From: Eubacteriales bacterium | GTDB taxonomy: Bacteria > Bacillota > Clostridia > Oscillospirales > QAKW01 | Reading direction: 5' to 3' | DNA length: 64,000 bases | NCBI GenBank assembly: GCA_045539135.1 | Contig: JAZQET010000012.1 | Span: 2,275 to 66,274, forward strand | Shown here: piece after piece, positions 27,764 through 40,882 of the stretch | Numbering within the stretch: the first letter of the stretch is position 1 | Layout: each line of letters begins with the position of its first letter | Made by a program: the position numbers and the translations under genes | Notes under the pieces: model-generated | Database searches by the model: none | Seen by the model: the letters and a program-made list of their open reading frames with translations, nothing else | What the model was told of the DNA's origin: nothing

Positions 27764-29179
27764 CTAAAAATCTTCTTTCGCTTCGCGCAACGTAAAGGTG
27801 AACTCGGCAAAGGAGCCTTCTTTTGAAGTTAAAACAATGTTTTCGCCATGGGCATCAATAATCGTTTTTACCATATAAAGACCTAATCCAACGCCTTTTT
27901 TGCCACCCTCACGGCTTTTATCTGTTTTATAAAAACGCTCAAAGATCTGCCCCGCTTCACCTTGCGGAATTCCTTGACCGGTATTACGAACAGAAAAATG
28001 AATCTTTTCATTTGTGCGTTTAACAGAAACGGCAATCTCTCCATTGGCGGGTGTGAACTTCACCGCATTATCCACCAAATTATAGATAACACGATAGATA
28101 GCATCCCGATCGCCAACCGCAAAAAGGGATTCTTCCGGCAAATCAACGGATAATTGAATGTTGTTATGCTCCACCCTATCCTGCATTGTGAGCAGAACGC
28201 GATGTGCCACTTCCACCAAATCAAAGGGCACCATCTGATAAGAGATCTCCCCCGATTGAATACGGGCAACATCCAATAAGTTATTCACCATTCGAGTAAG
28301 GCGCCGCACCTCATCCGAAACCAAAAGAAGGTATTTTTCTTTCGATTCCTCCGGAATTGTTCCGTCTAAAATTCCGTCAATAAAACCACCGATCGTAGTC
28401 ATTGGGGTACGCAGTTCATGGGAAACATCGGCAATAAATCCACGCCGCATCGTTTCCAAGCGATCCAATCCATCCGCCATCTGATTAAAGGTGATCGCTA
28501 ACGTGCGAAGCTCGCCCTCCGGCGGGACAATGATCCGTCCTGAAAAATCACCTTTGGTATAATCCCGCGCCGCTTGTGCCATCTCATAGAGCGGCTTGGT
28601 TATTTGATATGTGATAAAGTAAAGCACCACACAAGCAACCATCAGCACTGCCAAACCACATAGCAAAAAGGTGACCAAAATATCTTGCATAGCTGAACCG
28701 ACGCGCACTTGTCGCGCGGTGACAAAAACACCGCCGATCACCGTTTCAGATTCTCCGTTAATCGGCACACCTACTGTATAAGAATTACCGAGCTCTTCAA
28801 TTAAAACCGCTTGCCTTCTATAGGTTTTTCCATTGAATACAGTCTTCAGTGACTCTTCAGGTAAATGGATCTCTACGTCTTTTAATGTACTTTGCACCAC
28901 TCTTTGCCATTGGTTCACGATAATCACATCGCACCCCAAGGTTTCTTTTATGGTGTCAATGGTACCGGACATAATGGTCCCCACAAAGAAGTTATAATTT
29001 GCAGGCATCTCTTGCAACATAGAAGCCACTTTATTAGCGGCATTTTCCATATTGCGATCCTGCTCTTTTACGCTTTGAAGTGTATAAACACCGGTCGTAA
29101 CCGTTCCTAAAAGAAAAACAGTCATTAAAATAATCAAAGCGCATGCGGTAAAATAGCGAAAAAATATTCGTTTATGCAC
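27764..29179 (-). CDS. HAMP-domain sensor histidine kinase
   Basis: Two TM helices, HAMP, VSHELRTP, NLVDNAVKF, FERFYK, GLGL. Confidence 0.95.
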   Translation of the reverse strand: MHKRIFFRYFTACALIILMTVFLLGTVTTGVYTLQSVKEQDRNMENAANKVASMLQEMPANYNFFVGTIMSGTIDTIKETLGCDVIIVNQWQRVVQSTLKDVEIHLPEESLKTVFNGKTYRRQAVLIEELGNSYTVGVPINGESETVIGGVFVTARQVRVGSAMQDILVTFLLCGLAVLMVACVVLYFITYQITKPLYEMAQAARDYTKGDFSGRIIVPPEGELRTLAITFNQMADGLDRLETMRRGFIADVSHELRTPMTTIGGFIDGILDGTIPEESKEKYLLLVSDEVRRLTRMVNNLLDVARIQSGEISYQMVPFDLVEVAHRVLLTMQDRVEHNNIQLSVDLPEESLFAVGDRDAIYRVIYNLVDNAVKFTPANGEIAVSVKRTNEKIHFSVRNTGQGIPQGEAGQIFERFYKTDKSREGGKKGVGLGLYMVKTIIDAHGENIVLTSKEGSFAEFTFTLREAKEDF

Positions 29180-29863
29180 TTATTCAACCGTTTCGAACTT
29201 ATAACCGATTCCCCAAACTGTGCGAATGGTCCACTGATCCGAAACTCCCTCCAATTTTTCCCGAATTCGTTTGATATGCACATCCACCGTACGGGAATCT
29301 CCAAAATATTTAAATCCCCAAATTTCATCCAACAACTGATCTCGCGTATAAACACGGTTGGGATTCTTTGCCAAATGATAAAGCAGTTCAATTTCCTTGG
29401 GCGGCGCATCCACCTGTTTTCCCTTCACAACCAACTTATAATTGGTGAGAGAAACAAACAAATCGGGATATTCCACTTCCTGACGTCCCTCATCGGGCAT
29501 ACCGCCGGCACGGCGCAGTACCGTTTTTACACGCGCCATTACTTCCTTGGAGTCAAAGGGTTTGGTCACATAATCATCCGCACCCAGTTCAAGCCCTAAA
29601 ACCTTATCAAAGGTTTCTCCCTTGGCAGAGAGCATAATGATAGGCACATTTGAAATTTGGCGAATTTCGCGGCAAACCTGCCATCCATCCTTCTTCGGAA
29701 GCATAATGTCCAAAAGAATCAGATCGGGCGCATAGGAAGAAAACTTTTTCATTGCCTCTTCCCCGTCTCCTGCAGTTTCCACGGAATAACCTTCTTTAAT
29801 CAAATATAAAGTTAAGAGTTCGCAGATATTCTGTTCGTCATCAACTACTAAAATCTTGCTCAT
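29180..29863 (-). CDS. OmpR/PhoB-family response regulator
   Basis: VVDDE, LLDIMLP, KPF, winged-helix RTVDVHIKRIREK, TVWGIGY. Confidence 0.96.
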   Translation of the reverse strand: MSKILVVDDEQNICELLTLYLIKEGYSVETAGDGEEAMKKFSSYAPDLILLDIMLPKKDGWQVCREIRQISNVPIIMLSAKGETFDKVLGLELGADDYVTKPFDSKEVMARVKTVLRRAGGMPDEGRQEVEYPDLFVSLTNYKLVVKGKQVDAPPKEIELLYHLAKNPNRVYTRDQLLDEIWGFKYFGDSRTVDVHIKRIREKLEGVSDQWTIRTVWGIGYKFETVE

Positions 29864-29957
29864 TTTGGTTTCCTTCCTAATTTTTCTATCAATAAAAGTA
29901 TAGCGGTTTAAAACATAAAATGGATGAAGAAATTATGAACAAATTAAAAGAAAAGTT

Positions 29958-30590
29958 TTAACGTTGAAACGGGCAGAACAATTCCTCCAACCGTTCCGAT
30001 TTTGCACTTCCCGCCGAAACATCCATGGTTTTTTTCAAAAAAACCTCTGCATCTGTTTCTTTTAAGAGAATTTCCGTTACCACCTGTTCCCCGTATTCTG
30101 TGTTCAAAAATTGGAGATTAAAGGGTTCCCACGCTCGTTGCAACCGATCATAAACGGCATAATTACAAGAGATTTGCATACGAACCCCTTTTTCCATTAC
30201 AGAAACCCCCGCCGCATGCACCCCGTCTGCCGCCCCCTTGGAATAGGCACGCACCAAGCCGCCTGCGCCCAAAAGAATTCCGCCGAAATAGCGGGTCACC
30301 ACAACGGCAACATTAAACAACTCTTCTTTTTTTAAAACATCCAGCATCGGCATTCCGGCAGTTCCGCCCGGTTCGCCGTCGTCAAAAAAGCGCTCCACCA
30401 ACGGTGTTTTGATGCGATATGCAGCGCAATTATGGGTAGCATCGGGAAACTCCGTACGGATCTGGGCCAAAAAAGCCTCCGCCTCCTCCACCGTTTCAAC
30501 ACGGGCAAGAGATGTAATAAAGCGACTTTTTCGTTCGATAAATTCAGTACGGACCCCTTTAGCCGGAACTAAATATCCTTCTTCTGTCAT
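29958..30590 (-). CDS. yigZ: YigZ/IMPACT-family protein
   Basis: KSRFI, ATHNCAAY, DDGEPGGTAG, VTRYFGGILLGAGGLVRAY. Confidence 0.93.
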   Translation of the reverse strand: MTEEGYLVPAKGVRTEFIERKSRFITSLARVETVEEAEAFLAQIRTEFPDATHNCAAYRIKTPLVERFFDDGEPGGTAGMPMLDVLKKEELFNVAVVVTRYFGGILLGAGGLVRAYSKGAADGVHAAGVSVMEKGVRMQISCNYAVYDRLQRAWEPFNLQFLNTEYGEQVVTEILLKETDAEVFLKKTMDVSAGSAKSERLEELFCPFQR

Positions 30591-30664
30591 TGGTTTTCTC
30601 CAAGCATAAAATCATTATTAATATTTTAACACAGATTTTAAAACTCTGCAATCCATAAAAAACG

Positions 30665-30693
30665 AAAATGCCCTCCGAAAGGAGAGCATTTTT
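30665..30693 (-). terminator. Terminator of the ilv-leu operon
   Basis: AAAATGCCCTCCGAAAGGAGAGCATTTT hairpin immediately after the ilvA stop. Confidence 0.7.
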
Positions 30694-30694
30694 C

Positions 30695-31891
30695 TTAATC
30701 TAACAATTTAAAACCGTAATCAGACAGTGCATCACGAATCAATTGAACATGTTCAAAATTACGAGTTTCAAGCACAACGTGCAGATAGCATCCGTTGATA
30801 TCGGAGCCTGCATTGGTATGCTCATGGTGAACACCGATCACATTACCGCCCAATTCAGCAATAATGCGAGAAACATTTTTCAGCTGACCGGGCTTGTCCA
30901 TCAATTCAATATTCAGCCGACAGGTTCTGCCCGACATCAACAGACCGCGATCGATCACACGGGAAAGAATCGTCACATCGATATTACCACCGGAAAGCAA
31001 GCAAGCCACTTTTTTTCCTTTAATAGGCACCTTATTAAACATAGCCGCTGCCACAGCAGTAGCACCTGCGCCCTCGGTCACCAACTTTTGCTGTTCCATT
31101 AAAGCGAGAATTGCGGCAGAAATCTCATCGTCGGTCACGGTAACGATCTCATCCACATACTTTTCGCAAAGTTCAAACGTCAATGCGCCGGGTTTTTTCA
31201 CCGCAATACCGTCAGCAATGGTAGAAACGCTCTTCAGTTCCTCAATCTGGTGATCTTTCACCGATTGATACATGCTGGGCGCGCCGGTCGCCTGTACACC
31301 ATAAACCTTAATATTCGGATTAAGACTCTTTACCGCAAAAGCAACACCTGAAATCAACCCGCCGCCACCAATAGGCACGATTACCGCATCCAGATCCTTC
31401 ACCTGATCAAAGAGTTCCAACCCAATGGTACCCTGACCTGCAATTACATACTCATCATCAAAAGGATGAATAAAGGTATATCCCTTTTCATCACGCAGTT
31501 GAAGTGCTTTGGCATAAGCATCGTCATAAACGCCTTCCACCAAAACCACCTCTGCGCCATAACTTCTGGTGGCTTCCACTTTCGAGATAGGTGCACCGTC
31601 AGGCAGGCAAATTACAGCCTTAATACCGTTTTTTTGCGCAGAAAGAGCAACTCCCTGCGCGTGGTTTCCTGCAGAGCAGGCAATCACACCACGGGCTTTT
31701 TCTTCGTCACTTAATTGAGACATCTTATAATAGGCGCCACGCACCTTAAATGAGCCGGTGATCTGCAGGTTTTCGGTTTTCAAATAAACCTCTGCCTCCG
31801 GATTAATATGGGGAGCTGCGATCACGTCGGTACGGCGAATCACATCCCGTAAAACGTATCCTGCGTGGTAGATTTTATCAAGTGTCAACAT
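30695..31891 (-). CDS. ilvA: Threonine ammonia-lyase with a single ACT domain
   Basis: ENLQITGSFKVRG, SAGNHAQG, HPFDD, GGGGL, SGGNID. Confidence 0.95.
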   Translation of the reverse strand: MLTLDKIYHAGYVLRDVIRRTDVIAAPHINPEAEVYLKTENLQITGSFKVRGAYYKMSQLSDEEKARGVIACSAGNHAQGVALSAQKNGIKAVICLPDGAPISKVEATRSYGAEVVLVEGVYDDAYAKALQLRDEKGYTFIHPFDDEYVIAGQGTIGLELFDQVKDLDAVIVPIGGGGLISGVAFAVKSLNPNIKVYGVQATGAPSMYQSVKDHQIEELKSVSTIADGIAVKKPGALTFELCEKYVDEIVTVTDDEISAAILALMEQQKLVTEGAGATAVAAAMFNKVPIKGKKVACLLSGGNIDVTILSRVIDRGLLMSGRTCRLNIELMDKPGQLKNVSRIIAELGGNVIGVHHEHTNAGSDINGCYLHVVLETRNFEHVQLIRDALSDYGFKLLD

Positions 31892-31905
31892 AGTATCATC
31901 CTTTT

Positions 31906-33096
31906 CTACTTTTGAGCAAGTAAATAATCAGTAAACTGATCGGCGGCTCTTGCAGAGCGCCCGCCTTTTCTTAAAGCAAAGGCTTCCGCCAAAATATCAA
32001 GTTCCGCCCGATCCATCTGAATGTTTTTCATCTCCGCCAAGCGATGAACAATTGTTAAGTAAAGTTCTTTATTCGGCTTTGAGAACAGAACCGTCATTCC
32101 AAAGCGCTCCGACAAGGAGAGCAGTTCCTGAACGGTATCATTATGATGCACATCATCTCCCATTCGGTCAGAGAAACTCTCTTTCACCAAATGACGACGG
32201 TTGCTGGTCGCATAAATAACCGTATTTTGATTTCGTGCTGAAACCGATCCTTCCAAAATTGCTTTTAATGTGCTGAAACAATCGTCATTTTTATTAAACG
32301 AAAGATCATCAATAAAAATAATGAATTTCAAAGGGTTACGACTCAACTCTTCCATAATTGCAGGAAGCTCCGTGATCTGCTCCTTGCGAAGCTCAATCAA
32401 ACGAAGACCTTCCGACGCAAGCAAATTAGTCACCGCTTTAACGGTTGAGGATTTTCCGGTTCCTGCATCTCCGCAAAGAAGGATATTTGCCGCAGGCTTT
32501 CCTTCCAATAAAGCACGGGTATTATCAATCACCTGCTTGCGTTCGGCATCGTAACCGATCAACTCATCCAAGGTAATGGGATCTGCACTTAGAACAGGAA
32601 CGATGGCAGAGTTTTGAACCGAAAACATTTTGTTGTGCACAAAAATGCCGTAGCCAAATTTTTGAACATTCTGCATCCGCTCTTCATAAAGCCTTAAAAA
32701 ATCAAAGGAGGTGTTCTCAAAAAGTGCAGTAAACTCGTTGTTCCCAACTCGTTGAGCAAGCTTTTGGGGATCCAAAGCCGTTAATTGGGAAAACAAAGAT
32801 AATTCCCGATCAACACAGGCTTGCAGCACGGGATGAACAGCATCGTTATGACTTCTCACAAGCACATACTCATTTTCATCTTCCAAAAGAGCCTTTTGAA
32901 GATAATGACCGAAATCATAGGAATGGGCAAACAATGCGCTGAGAAAAGCGCTGTACGCTTCAGCGGACACCGAAACACTTTCTGTTTTCAACTCCAAAAA
33001 GCGTCGCAGTGCAACGAGAGGTTCTTGCTGAACCACTTTGCGAAACACCACCACAGAGGAAAGTGCAACCGATACATCATTCCAATCAAAAACCAT
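31906..33096 (-). CDS. DUF815/COG2607-family AAA+ ATPase
   Basis: Walker A GDAGTGKSS, Walker B FIIFIDDLSF, LEGS, YATSNRRHL, SLSERFG, RSARAADQF. Confidence 0.88.
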   Translation of the reverse strand: MVFDWNDVSVALSSVVVFRKVVQQEPLVALRRFLELKTESVSVSAEAYSAFLSALFAHSYDFGHYLQKALLEDENEYVLVRSHNDAVHPVLQACVDRELSLFSQLTALDPQKLAQRVGNNEFTALFENTSFDFLRLYEERMQNVQKFGYGIFVHNKMFSVQNSAIVPVLSADPITLDELIGYDAERKQVIDNTRALLEGKPAANILLCGDAGTGKSSTVKAVTNLLASEGLRLIELRKEQITELPAIMEELSRNPLKFIIFIDDLSFNKNDDCFSTLKAILEGSVSARNQNTVIYATSNRRHLVKESFSDRMGDDVHHNDTVQELLSLSERFGMTVLFSKPNKELYLTIVHRLAEMKNIQMDRAELDILAEAFALRKGGRSARAADQFTDYLLAQK

Positions 33097-33109
33097 GAAT
33101 CACTCCACC

Positions 33110-34183
33110 TTAAGCCAATTCGCTTAAAATCTTCTCTGTCATTTCTGTGCAGGTCAAGGGAGCCTTATCGGCGGCCGCCAAATCAGCCGTTCTCCAACCT
33201 GCATTCAAAACGCGATCTACTGCCGCCTCAATGGCATCCGCCTCTTTGCCCAAATCAAAAGAATAACGAAGCATCATAGCCGCAGAAAGGATCGTGGCAA
33301 TGGGGTTTGCTTTATTCTGCCCTGCAATATCGGGAGCAGAGCCGTGGATGGGTTCATACATACCACGGGTGGTCTCACCCAAGGAGGCGGAGGGCAACAT
33401 ACCGATAGATCCGGTGATTTGCGAAGCCTCATCCGACAAAATATCACCAAACATATTGGAAGTAACCACCACGTCAAATTGAGCAGGATTCTTTACCAAC
33501 TGCATTGCGGCATTATCCACCAGCATATCATTGCAGGTAACCTCGGGATAATCGGCAGCCATTTCGTGAACCACCTTTCTCCACAAGCGAGAGGTTTCCA
33601 ACACATTTGCCTTATCAATGCTGATCACATTGCCGCGGCGCTTTTTAGCTGTTTCAAAGGCTACCTTTGCAATGCGTTCCACTTCCAAACGGCTGTAGCA
33701 CTCGGTATCATAGGCCTCTTCACCGTATTTACCCTGACGGTAACCGCGATCACCAAAATAAATCCCGCCGGTAAGTTCACGCACGATCATTAAATCGAAG
33801 CCCTTTTCAACCAAATCCTCCCGCAAAGGACACTCTGCCTTCAAAGCAGGGTACAGTTTTGCAGGACGTAAATTGGTATAAAGACCCAAGGCAGCACGAA
33901 TGCCAAGCAACGCTTTTTCAGGGCGCTTATCACCCGGCAAAGTATCCCATTTTGGACCGCCAACAGCACCCAACAGCACACTGTCGCTTGCCAAGCAACC
34001 GTCAACCGTCTCTTTGGGCAACGGCTCACCCACCGCATCAATTGCGGCTCCACCGATTAAATAATCGGTAAAATTAAAACTATGACCGTACAGTTCGCCG
34101 ATCTTTTTCAAAACAGAAACGGCACTGTCCACAATTTCAGGACCGATTCCGTCACCTTTTAATAAAGCAATATTATAGTTCAT
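33110..34183 (-). CDS. leuB: 3-isopropylmalate dehydrogenase
   Basis: [53 protein letters not shown]. Confidence 0.97.
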   Translation of the reverse strand: MNYNIALLKGDGIGPEIVDSAVSVLKKIGELYGHSFNFTDYLIGGAAIDAVGEPLPKETVDGCLASDSVLLGAVGGPKWDTLPGDKRPEKALLGIRAALGLYTNLRPAKLYPALKAECPLREDLVEKGFDLMIVRELTGGIYFGDRGYRQGKYGEEAYDTECYSRLEVERIAKVAFETAKKRRGNVISIDKANVLETSRLWRKVVHEMAADYPEVTCNDMLVDNAAMQLVKNPAQFDVVVTSNMFGDILSDEASQITGSIGMLPSASLGETTRGMYEPIHGSAPDIAGQNKANPIATILSAAMMLRYSFDLGKEADAIEAAVDRVLNAGWRTADLAAADKAPLTCTEMTEKILSELA

Positions 34184-34193
34184 TGTTTTTCAC

Positions 34194-34688
34194 TCAGCTG
34201 ATGCTTCCCTTTCTGATGGATTCCACTAATCCGCCGTTGGTGATGATCTCTTGAATAAAGGGCGGGAACGGTTCGATCTCATAGGTCGCACCGTTGGTAA
34301 GGTTACGAATAACACCGAGATCCATATCCGCCTCCACCTGATTGCCGTCCTGAATGGCTTCTGCCGCCTCGGGACATTCCACGATCGCAAGTCCGATATT
34401 AATGGCATTGCGGTAGAAAATACGAGCAAAACTCTTCGCAATCACCAAGGAAATGCCGCTTTCTTTAATAGCGATAGGGGCGTGCTCACGGGAAGAGCCG
34501 CAACCGAAATTAAATCCTGCGACCATAATGTCGCCATCCTTCACGCGCTTGGTAAAGTTTACATCCAAGTCTTCCATACAATGGGAAGCCAATTCTTTTT
34601 TATCAATGGTATTAAGGTAACGTGCCGGAATGATTACATCCGTATCCACGTTATCTCCGTATTTAATAACAGTTCCGGAAAATTTCAT
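34194..34688 (-). CDS. leuD: 3-isopropylmalate dehydratase small subunit
   Basis: [31 protein letters not shown]. Confidence 0.96.
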   Translation of the reverse strand: MKFSGTVIKYGDNVDTDVIIPARYLNTIDKKELASHCMEDLDVNFTKRVKDGDIMVAGFNFGCGSSREHAPIAIKESGISLVIAKSFARIFYRNAINIGLAIVECPEAAEAIQDGNQVEADMDLGVIRNLTNGATYEIEPFPPFIQEIITNGGLVESIRKGSIS

Positions 34689-35950
34689 CACAGCACCTCC
34701 TCAACACCGGCGATCTTTCCTGCGATGGCGCTTGCGGCGGCAACAGCAGGGCTTGCCAGATATACTTCAGATTCAGGATCGCCCATACGACCCACAAAGT
34801 TACGATTAGTGGTAGCAACGGCACGCTCGCCCTTAGCAAGAATGCCCATATAGCCACCCAAGCAGGGGCCACAAGTGGGTGTAGAAACCACACAGCCTGC
34901 TTCAATAAAAATCTTCAGCAGACCGTTTTCCATTGCCTTCAGGTAAATATCCTGCGTTGCAGGAATAATAATGCCGCGTACGTGAGAAGCAATCTTCTTT
35001 CCCTTCAGGATCGATGCCGCCTCTTCCAAATCTTTATAGTGACCGTTGGTACAAGAACCGATCACCACCTGATCGATACGCACATCCCCCACCTCATCAA
35101 TGGTACGGGTGTTCTCGGGAAGATGCGGGAAGGAAACGGTAGACTTAATTTCGGAAAGATCAATCTCGATGGTCTCATCATATTCTGCATCGGCATCCGC
35201 GGTATAAACCACGGGCTCACGATCAGAATGGTCTTTGATATAAGCAAGGGTCTGCTCATCCACTTCAAAAATACCGTTCTTGGCACCCGCTTCAATTGCC
35301 ATATTCGTGATGGTAAGACGGTCGTAAATGGACAGCGCGGCAACGCCTTCTCCCGTGAACTCCATAGACTTATAAAGAGCACCGTCAACACCAATCTTAC
35401 CGATGATATGTAAAATCACATCTTTACCGGACACATAAGGCTTCAAAGCGCCTTTTAACACAAATCGAATGGCAGAAGGAACCTTCAGCCAAACCTTGCC
35501 GATTGCCATGCCTGCCGCCATATCGGTAGAGCCAACGCCGGTAGAAAAGGCACCCAAAGCACCATAGGTACAGGTGTGAGAATCAGCGCCGATCACCACA
35601 TCCCCCGCAACCACTAAGCCTTTTTCAGGCAGTAACGCGTGCTCAATGCCCATTCGACCAACATCATAAAAATGAGTAACTTCTTTATCGTTGCAAAAAT
35701 CTCGGCACATTTTGCATTGGACTGCCGCTTTGATGTCTTTATTGGGTGCAAAATGATCCATCACCATGGTCACTTTATCTTTATCATACACCTGATCGAA
35801 CCCCATCCGATTAAATTCACGGATGGCAACAGGAGAGGTAATATCATTACCCAACACACGGTCCAGCTTTACCAATACCAACTGTCCTGCTTTAACTTCG
35901 TCAAGACCGGCATGTGCTGCCAGAATTTTTTGTGTCATTGTCATAGCCAT
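34688..35950 (-). CDS. leuC: 3-isopropylmalate dehydratase large subunit (short, type 2)
   Basis: [27 protein letters not shown]. Confidence 0.96.
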   Translation of the reverse strand: MAMTMTQKILAAHAGLDEVKAGQLVLVKLDRVLGNDITSPVAIREFNRMGFDQVYDKDKVTMVMDHFAPNKDIKAAVQCKMCRDFCNDKEVTHFYDVGRMGIEHALLPEKGLVVAGDVVIGADSHTCTYGALGAFSTGVGSTDMAAGMAIGKVWLKVPSAIRFVLKGALKPYVSGKDVILHIIGKIGVDGALYKSMEFTGEGVAALSIYDRLTITNMAIEAGAKNGIFEVDEQTLAYIKDHSDREPVVYTADADAEYDETIEIDLSEIKSTVSFPHLPENTRTIDEVGDVRIDQVVIGSCTNGHYKDLEEAASILKGKKIASHVRGIIIPATQDIYLKAMENGLLKIFIEAGCVVSTPTCGPCLGGYMGILAKGERAVATTNRNFVGRMGDPESEVYLASPAVAAASAIAGKIAGVEEVL

Positions 35951-35967
35951 AATCGTATAACTCCAAG

Positions 35968-37632
35968 TTATTTAATATTGATGATCGCACCGCGATCTGC
36001 AGAAGAAACCACATCGGCATAGCGTTTCAGATAACCGGTAATTCCACTCTTCTTTTCAATGGGCATTTCCGCTTTACGCTTTGCCAGTTCCTCATCCGAT
36101 ACCTTGAGGGTAATGGTATGATTAGGAATGTCAATGGAAATCATATCGCCTTCTTTTACATAGGCGATGGTTCCCCCGCGGACTGCTTCGGGCGACACAT
36201 GACCGATGGACGCACCACGGGTAGCACCTGAAAAACGACCGTCCGTGATCAAAGCCACTTCCTTATCCAATCCCATCCCCGCAATGGCAGAGGTGGGAGA
36301 AAGCATTTCCCGCATACCGGGACCGCCGGAGGGGCCCTCATAACGAATCACAACCACATCGCCCGCTTTAATGCCGCCGGCATAGATCACCTTAATGCAC
36401 TCTTCCTCACTGTTGAATACCCGAGCAGGACCTTCGTGCACCAGCATTTCAGCGGCAACCGCACTTCTTTTGACAACACAGCCATCGGGAGCAAGATTGC
36501 CTTTCAAAACTGCAATTCCGCCGGTTTCGCTATAGGGTTTTTCAATGGGGCGAATCACTTCTTCATTGAGATTGGAAACGCCTTCCAGATTTTCAGCCAC
36601 CGTCTTTCCTGTACAGGTAAGACAATCGGTATAAAGCAGATCTTTTTTTGTCAGTTCTTTCAAAACTGCATAAACGCCGCCTGCCTCCTCCAAATCCTCC
36701 ATAAAGGTGGGACCTGCAGGTGCCAAATGGCAAAGGTTCGGAGTTTTAGCACTGATCTCGTTGGCCATATCCAAGTCCAAGCGAATGCCGCATTCATTGG
36801 CAATGGCGGGAAGATGCAACATACTGTTAGTGGAGCATCCAAGAGCCATATCCGCAGTTAAAGCATTATGAAAAGCCTTTTCGGTCATAATATCCAAGGG
36901 ACGGATATTCTTTTTCACAAGTTCCATCACCTGCATACCCGCATGCTTTGCAAGCTCAATGCGCTTGGAATAGACTGCAGGAACCGTACCGTTCCCGCGC
37001 AAGCCCATACCAAGCACTTCGGTTAAGCAGTTCATAGAATTGGCGGTATACATACCGGAGCAAGAGCCGCAAGTGGGACAAGTTTTGCACTCAAACTCCT
37101 GCAACTTCTCCTCATCGATCTTCCCTGCCATATAGGAACCGACCGCCTCGAACATACTGGAGAGACTGGTCTTCTTTCCATTGACACGACCTGCCAACAT
37201 CGGTCCGCCGCTTACAAAAACAGTAGGAATGTTCAAGCGTGCAGCTGCCATTAACAAACCGGGAACATTTTTATCGCAATTCGGGATCATCACAAGACCG
37301 TCAAAGCCGTGTGCCATCACCATTGCTTCGGTAGAATCGGCGATCAGATCGCGGGTCACCAAAGAATACTTCATTCCCTGATGCCCCATAGCAATTCCGT
37401 CGCAAACTGCAATTGCGGGAAACACAATAGGAGTTCCGCCTGCCATTGCAACGCCAAGTTTGACCGCGTCGGTAATCTTATCCAGATTCATATGACCCGG
37501 AACGATCTCATTATAGGAACTCACAATACCAATCAAAGGGCGGGAGGTCTCCTCCTCCGTCAAACCCAGTGCGTGATAAAGGGAGCGGTGCGGTGCATTA
37601 TTCGCACCGCACACAATCGTATCTTTAACCAT
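35968..37632 (-). CDS. ilvD: Dihydroxy-acid dehydratase
   Basis: Start at MVKD after the [49 protein letters not shown]. Confidence 0.96.
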   Translation of the reverse strand: MVKDTIVCGANNAPHRSLYHALGLTEEETSRPLIGIVSSYNEIVPGHMNLDKITDAVKLGVAMAGGTPIVFPAIAVCDGIAMGHQGMKYSLVTRDLIADSTEAMVMAHGFDGLVMIPNCDKNVPGLLMAAARLNIPTVFVSGGPMLAGRVNGKKTSLSSMFEAVGSYMAGKIDEEKLQEFECKTCPTCGSCSGMYTANSMNCLTEVLGMGLRGNGTVPAVYSKRIELAKHAGMQVMELVKKNIRPLDIMTEKAFHNALTADMALGCSTNSMLHLPAIANECGIRLDLDMANEISAKTPNLCHLAPAGPTFMEDLEEAGGVYAVLKELTKKDLLYTDCLTCTGKTVAENLEGVSNLNEEVIRPIEKPYSETGGIAVLKGNLAPDGCVVKRSAVAAEMLVHEGPARVFNSEEECIKVIYAGGIKAGDVVVIRYEGPSGGPGMREMLSPTSAIAGMGLDKEVALITDGRFSGATRGASIGHVSPEAVRGGTIAYVKEGDMISIDIPNHTITLKVSDEELAKRKAEMPIEKKSGITGYLKRYADVVSSADRGAIINIK

Positions 37633-37648
37633 AACGCCCTCCTGCCGA

Positions 37649-39200
<1,552 letters not shown>

Positions 39201-39203
39201 TGT

Positions 39204-40871
39204 TTACTCTCCTTTCCGTGTGATGATGTCATCCATAGAACCTCCGGGAGGCAACATCGGTAAAACGAACTCGTCTTTATCGATCATACAATCAATTAAA
39301 ACAGGACCTTGGCTGTTATTGGCTTCCACAAAGGCTTTTTCAAATTCTTCCTGTGTGGTCGCTCGCATTCCCTTTGCACCAAAGGCTTCAGCCAATTTCA
39401 CAAAATCGGTCTTTCTGGCAAGGGTAGTATTGGAATAATGCTCTTGGAAGAATAAGGTCTGCCATTGCCGCACCATACCAAGAACGCCGTTATTCATCAA
39501 CACGATGGTTACAGGCACTTGATACGTCACAGCAGTAGCCAATTCATTCAGATTCATACCAAAACTACCGTCTCCGGTGATCAGTACGGTTCTTTCTTTT
39601 GAACCGACAGCGGCACCGATGGCGGCACCTAAGCCAAATCCCATGGTGCCCAAACCACCGCTGGAAGCAAACTTCCGAGTTTTCTTGAAGCGGCAGAATT
39701 GCGCTGCCCACATTTGATGCTGACCAACATCGGTAGCAATCACAGTTTCGGGATTAATATGTCTATTAATGATCCCGATCAAATCGCGAGGATTCAAATC
39801 GGTACGCTCCTCGTAGGTAGCCGCTTCTTCCGTTTTCAATTGATCGATATAAGCCATCCACTCAGGACGCTTTTTCTGCTGAACACCATCCGCAAGACGA
39901 GCAAAAGTGTCCTGAACATCGCCAATAATACCAACCTGAATGGGAATGTTTTTATTCAACTCCGAAAAATCGATATCGATATGTATGATCTTCGCATTCG
40001 GTGCATATTTGCTCTTATTTCCGGTGGCACGATCACTAAATCGAACACCGATCGCAATGATCAGATCTGCGTGATGCTGTGCCATTGAAGAAGCATAATG
40101 ACCGTGCATACCTTGCATTCCAAGAAAACGAGGACAATCGGTATCAACAGCAGATAGACCCATTAAAGTACATCCGATCACACCGTCGATCTTTTCGGCA
40201 AAGGCAATCAGATCCTCGGAAATCCCTGCGCCAATAGCACCGCCGCCAATGTAAATATACGGTTTTTCACAAGCATTGATCAACTCAACCGCTTCCGCAA
40301 TTTTATGATCAGGAACTATCGTATTTGGAAATTTAGGTGCAAGGGGTTTATGTTCAAATTCACATTCCGCAATTTGAATATCCTTCGGAATATCGATCAA
40401 CACAGGACCGGGACGACCGCTTCTTGCAATTCGATATGCCTCACGAATAATGTCTGCTAATTGGGTAATGTCATTTACAAAATAATTGTGCTTAGTGATC
40501 GGTAAAGTGATACCGGTAATATCGATCTCCTGAAAACTATCTTTACCGATCAAACTGCAGGGTACATTCCCCGTAATAGCCAAAAGCGGCACCGAATCCA
40601 ACATCGCGGTAGCAATTCCGGTCACAAGGTTGGTGGCACCCGGTCCGGAGGTGGCAATCACCACGCCAACCTTACCGGTGGAACGGAAATAACCGTCTGC
40701 AGCGTGAGCGGCACCTTGCTCGTGCGCCGCAAGAAAATGATTGATTCGATTACTGTTTTTATAAAGTTCATCGTAAATATTCAACACTTGACCGCCCGGG
40801 TAACCAAACACATCGGTCACACCAAGCTCGATCAAAGTTTCAATTACAATTTGAGCTCCTGTCAATTTCAT
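39204..40871 (-). CDS. ilvB: Acetolactate synthase large subunit
   Basis: FGYPGG, HEQGA, TSGPGATN, DVGQHQMW, GDGSFGMN (TPP), LGMVRQWQ. Confidence 0.97.
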   Translation of the reverse strand: MKLTGAQIVIETLIELGVTDVFGYPGGQVLNIYDELYKNSNRINHFLAAHEQGAAHAADGYFRSTGKVGVVIATSGPGATNLVTGIATAMLDSVPLLAITGNVPCSLIGKDSFQEIDITGITLPITKHNYFVNDITQLADIIREAYRIARSGRPGPVLIDIPKDIQIAECEFEHKPLAPKFPNTIVPDHKIAEAVELINACEKPYIYIGGGAIGAGISEDLIAFAEKIDGVIGCTLMGLSAVDTDCPRFLGMQGMHGHYASSMAQHHADLIIAIGVRFSDRATGNKSKYAPNAKIIHIDIDFSELNKNIPIQVGIIGDVQDTFARLADGVQQKKRPEWMAYIDQLKTEEAATYEERTDLNPRDLIGIINRHINPETVIATDVGQHQMWAAQFCRFKKTRKFASSGGLGTMGFGLGAAIGAAVGSKERTVLITGDGSFGMNLNELATAVTYQVPVTIVLMNNGVLGMVRQWQTLFFQEHYSNTTLARKTDFVKLAEAFGAKGMRATTQEEFEKAFVEANNSQGPVLIDCMIDKDEFVLPMLPPGGSMDDIITRKGE

Positions 40872-40882
40872 TAAAATTCCTC

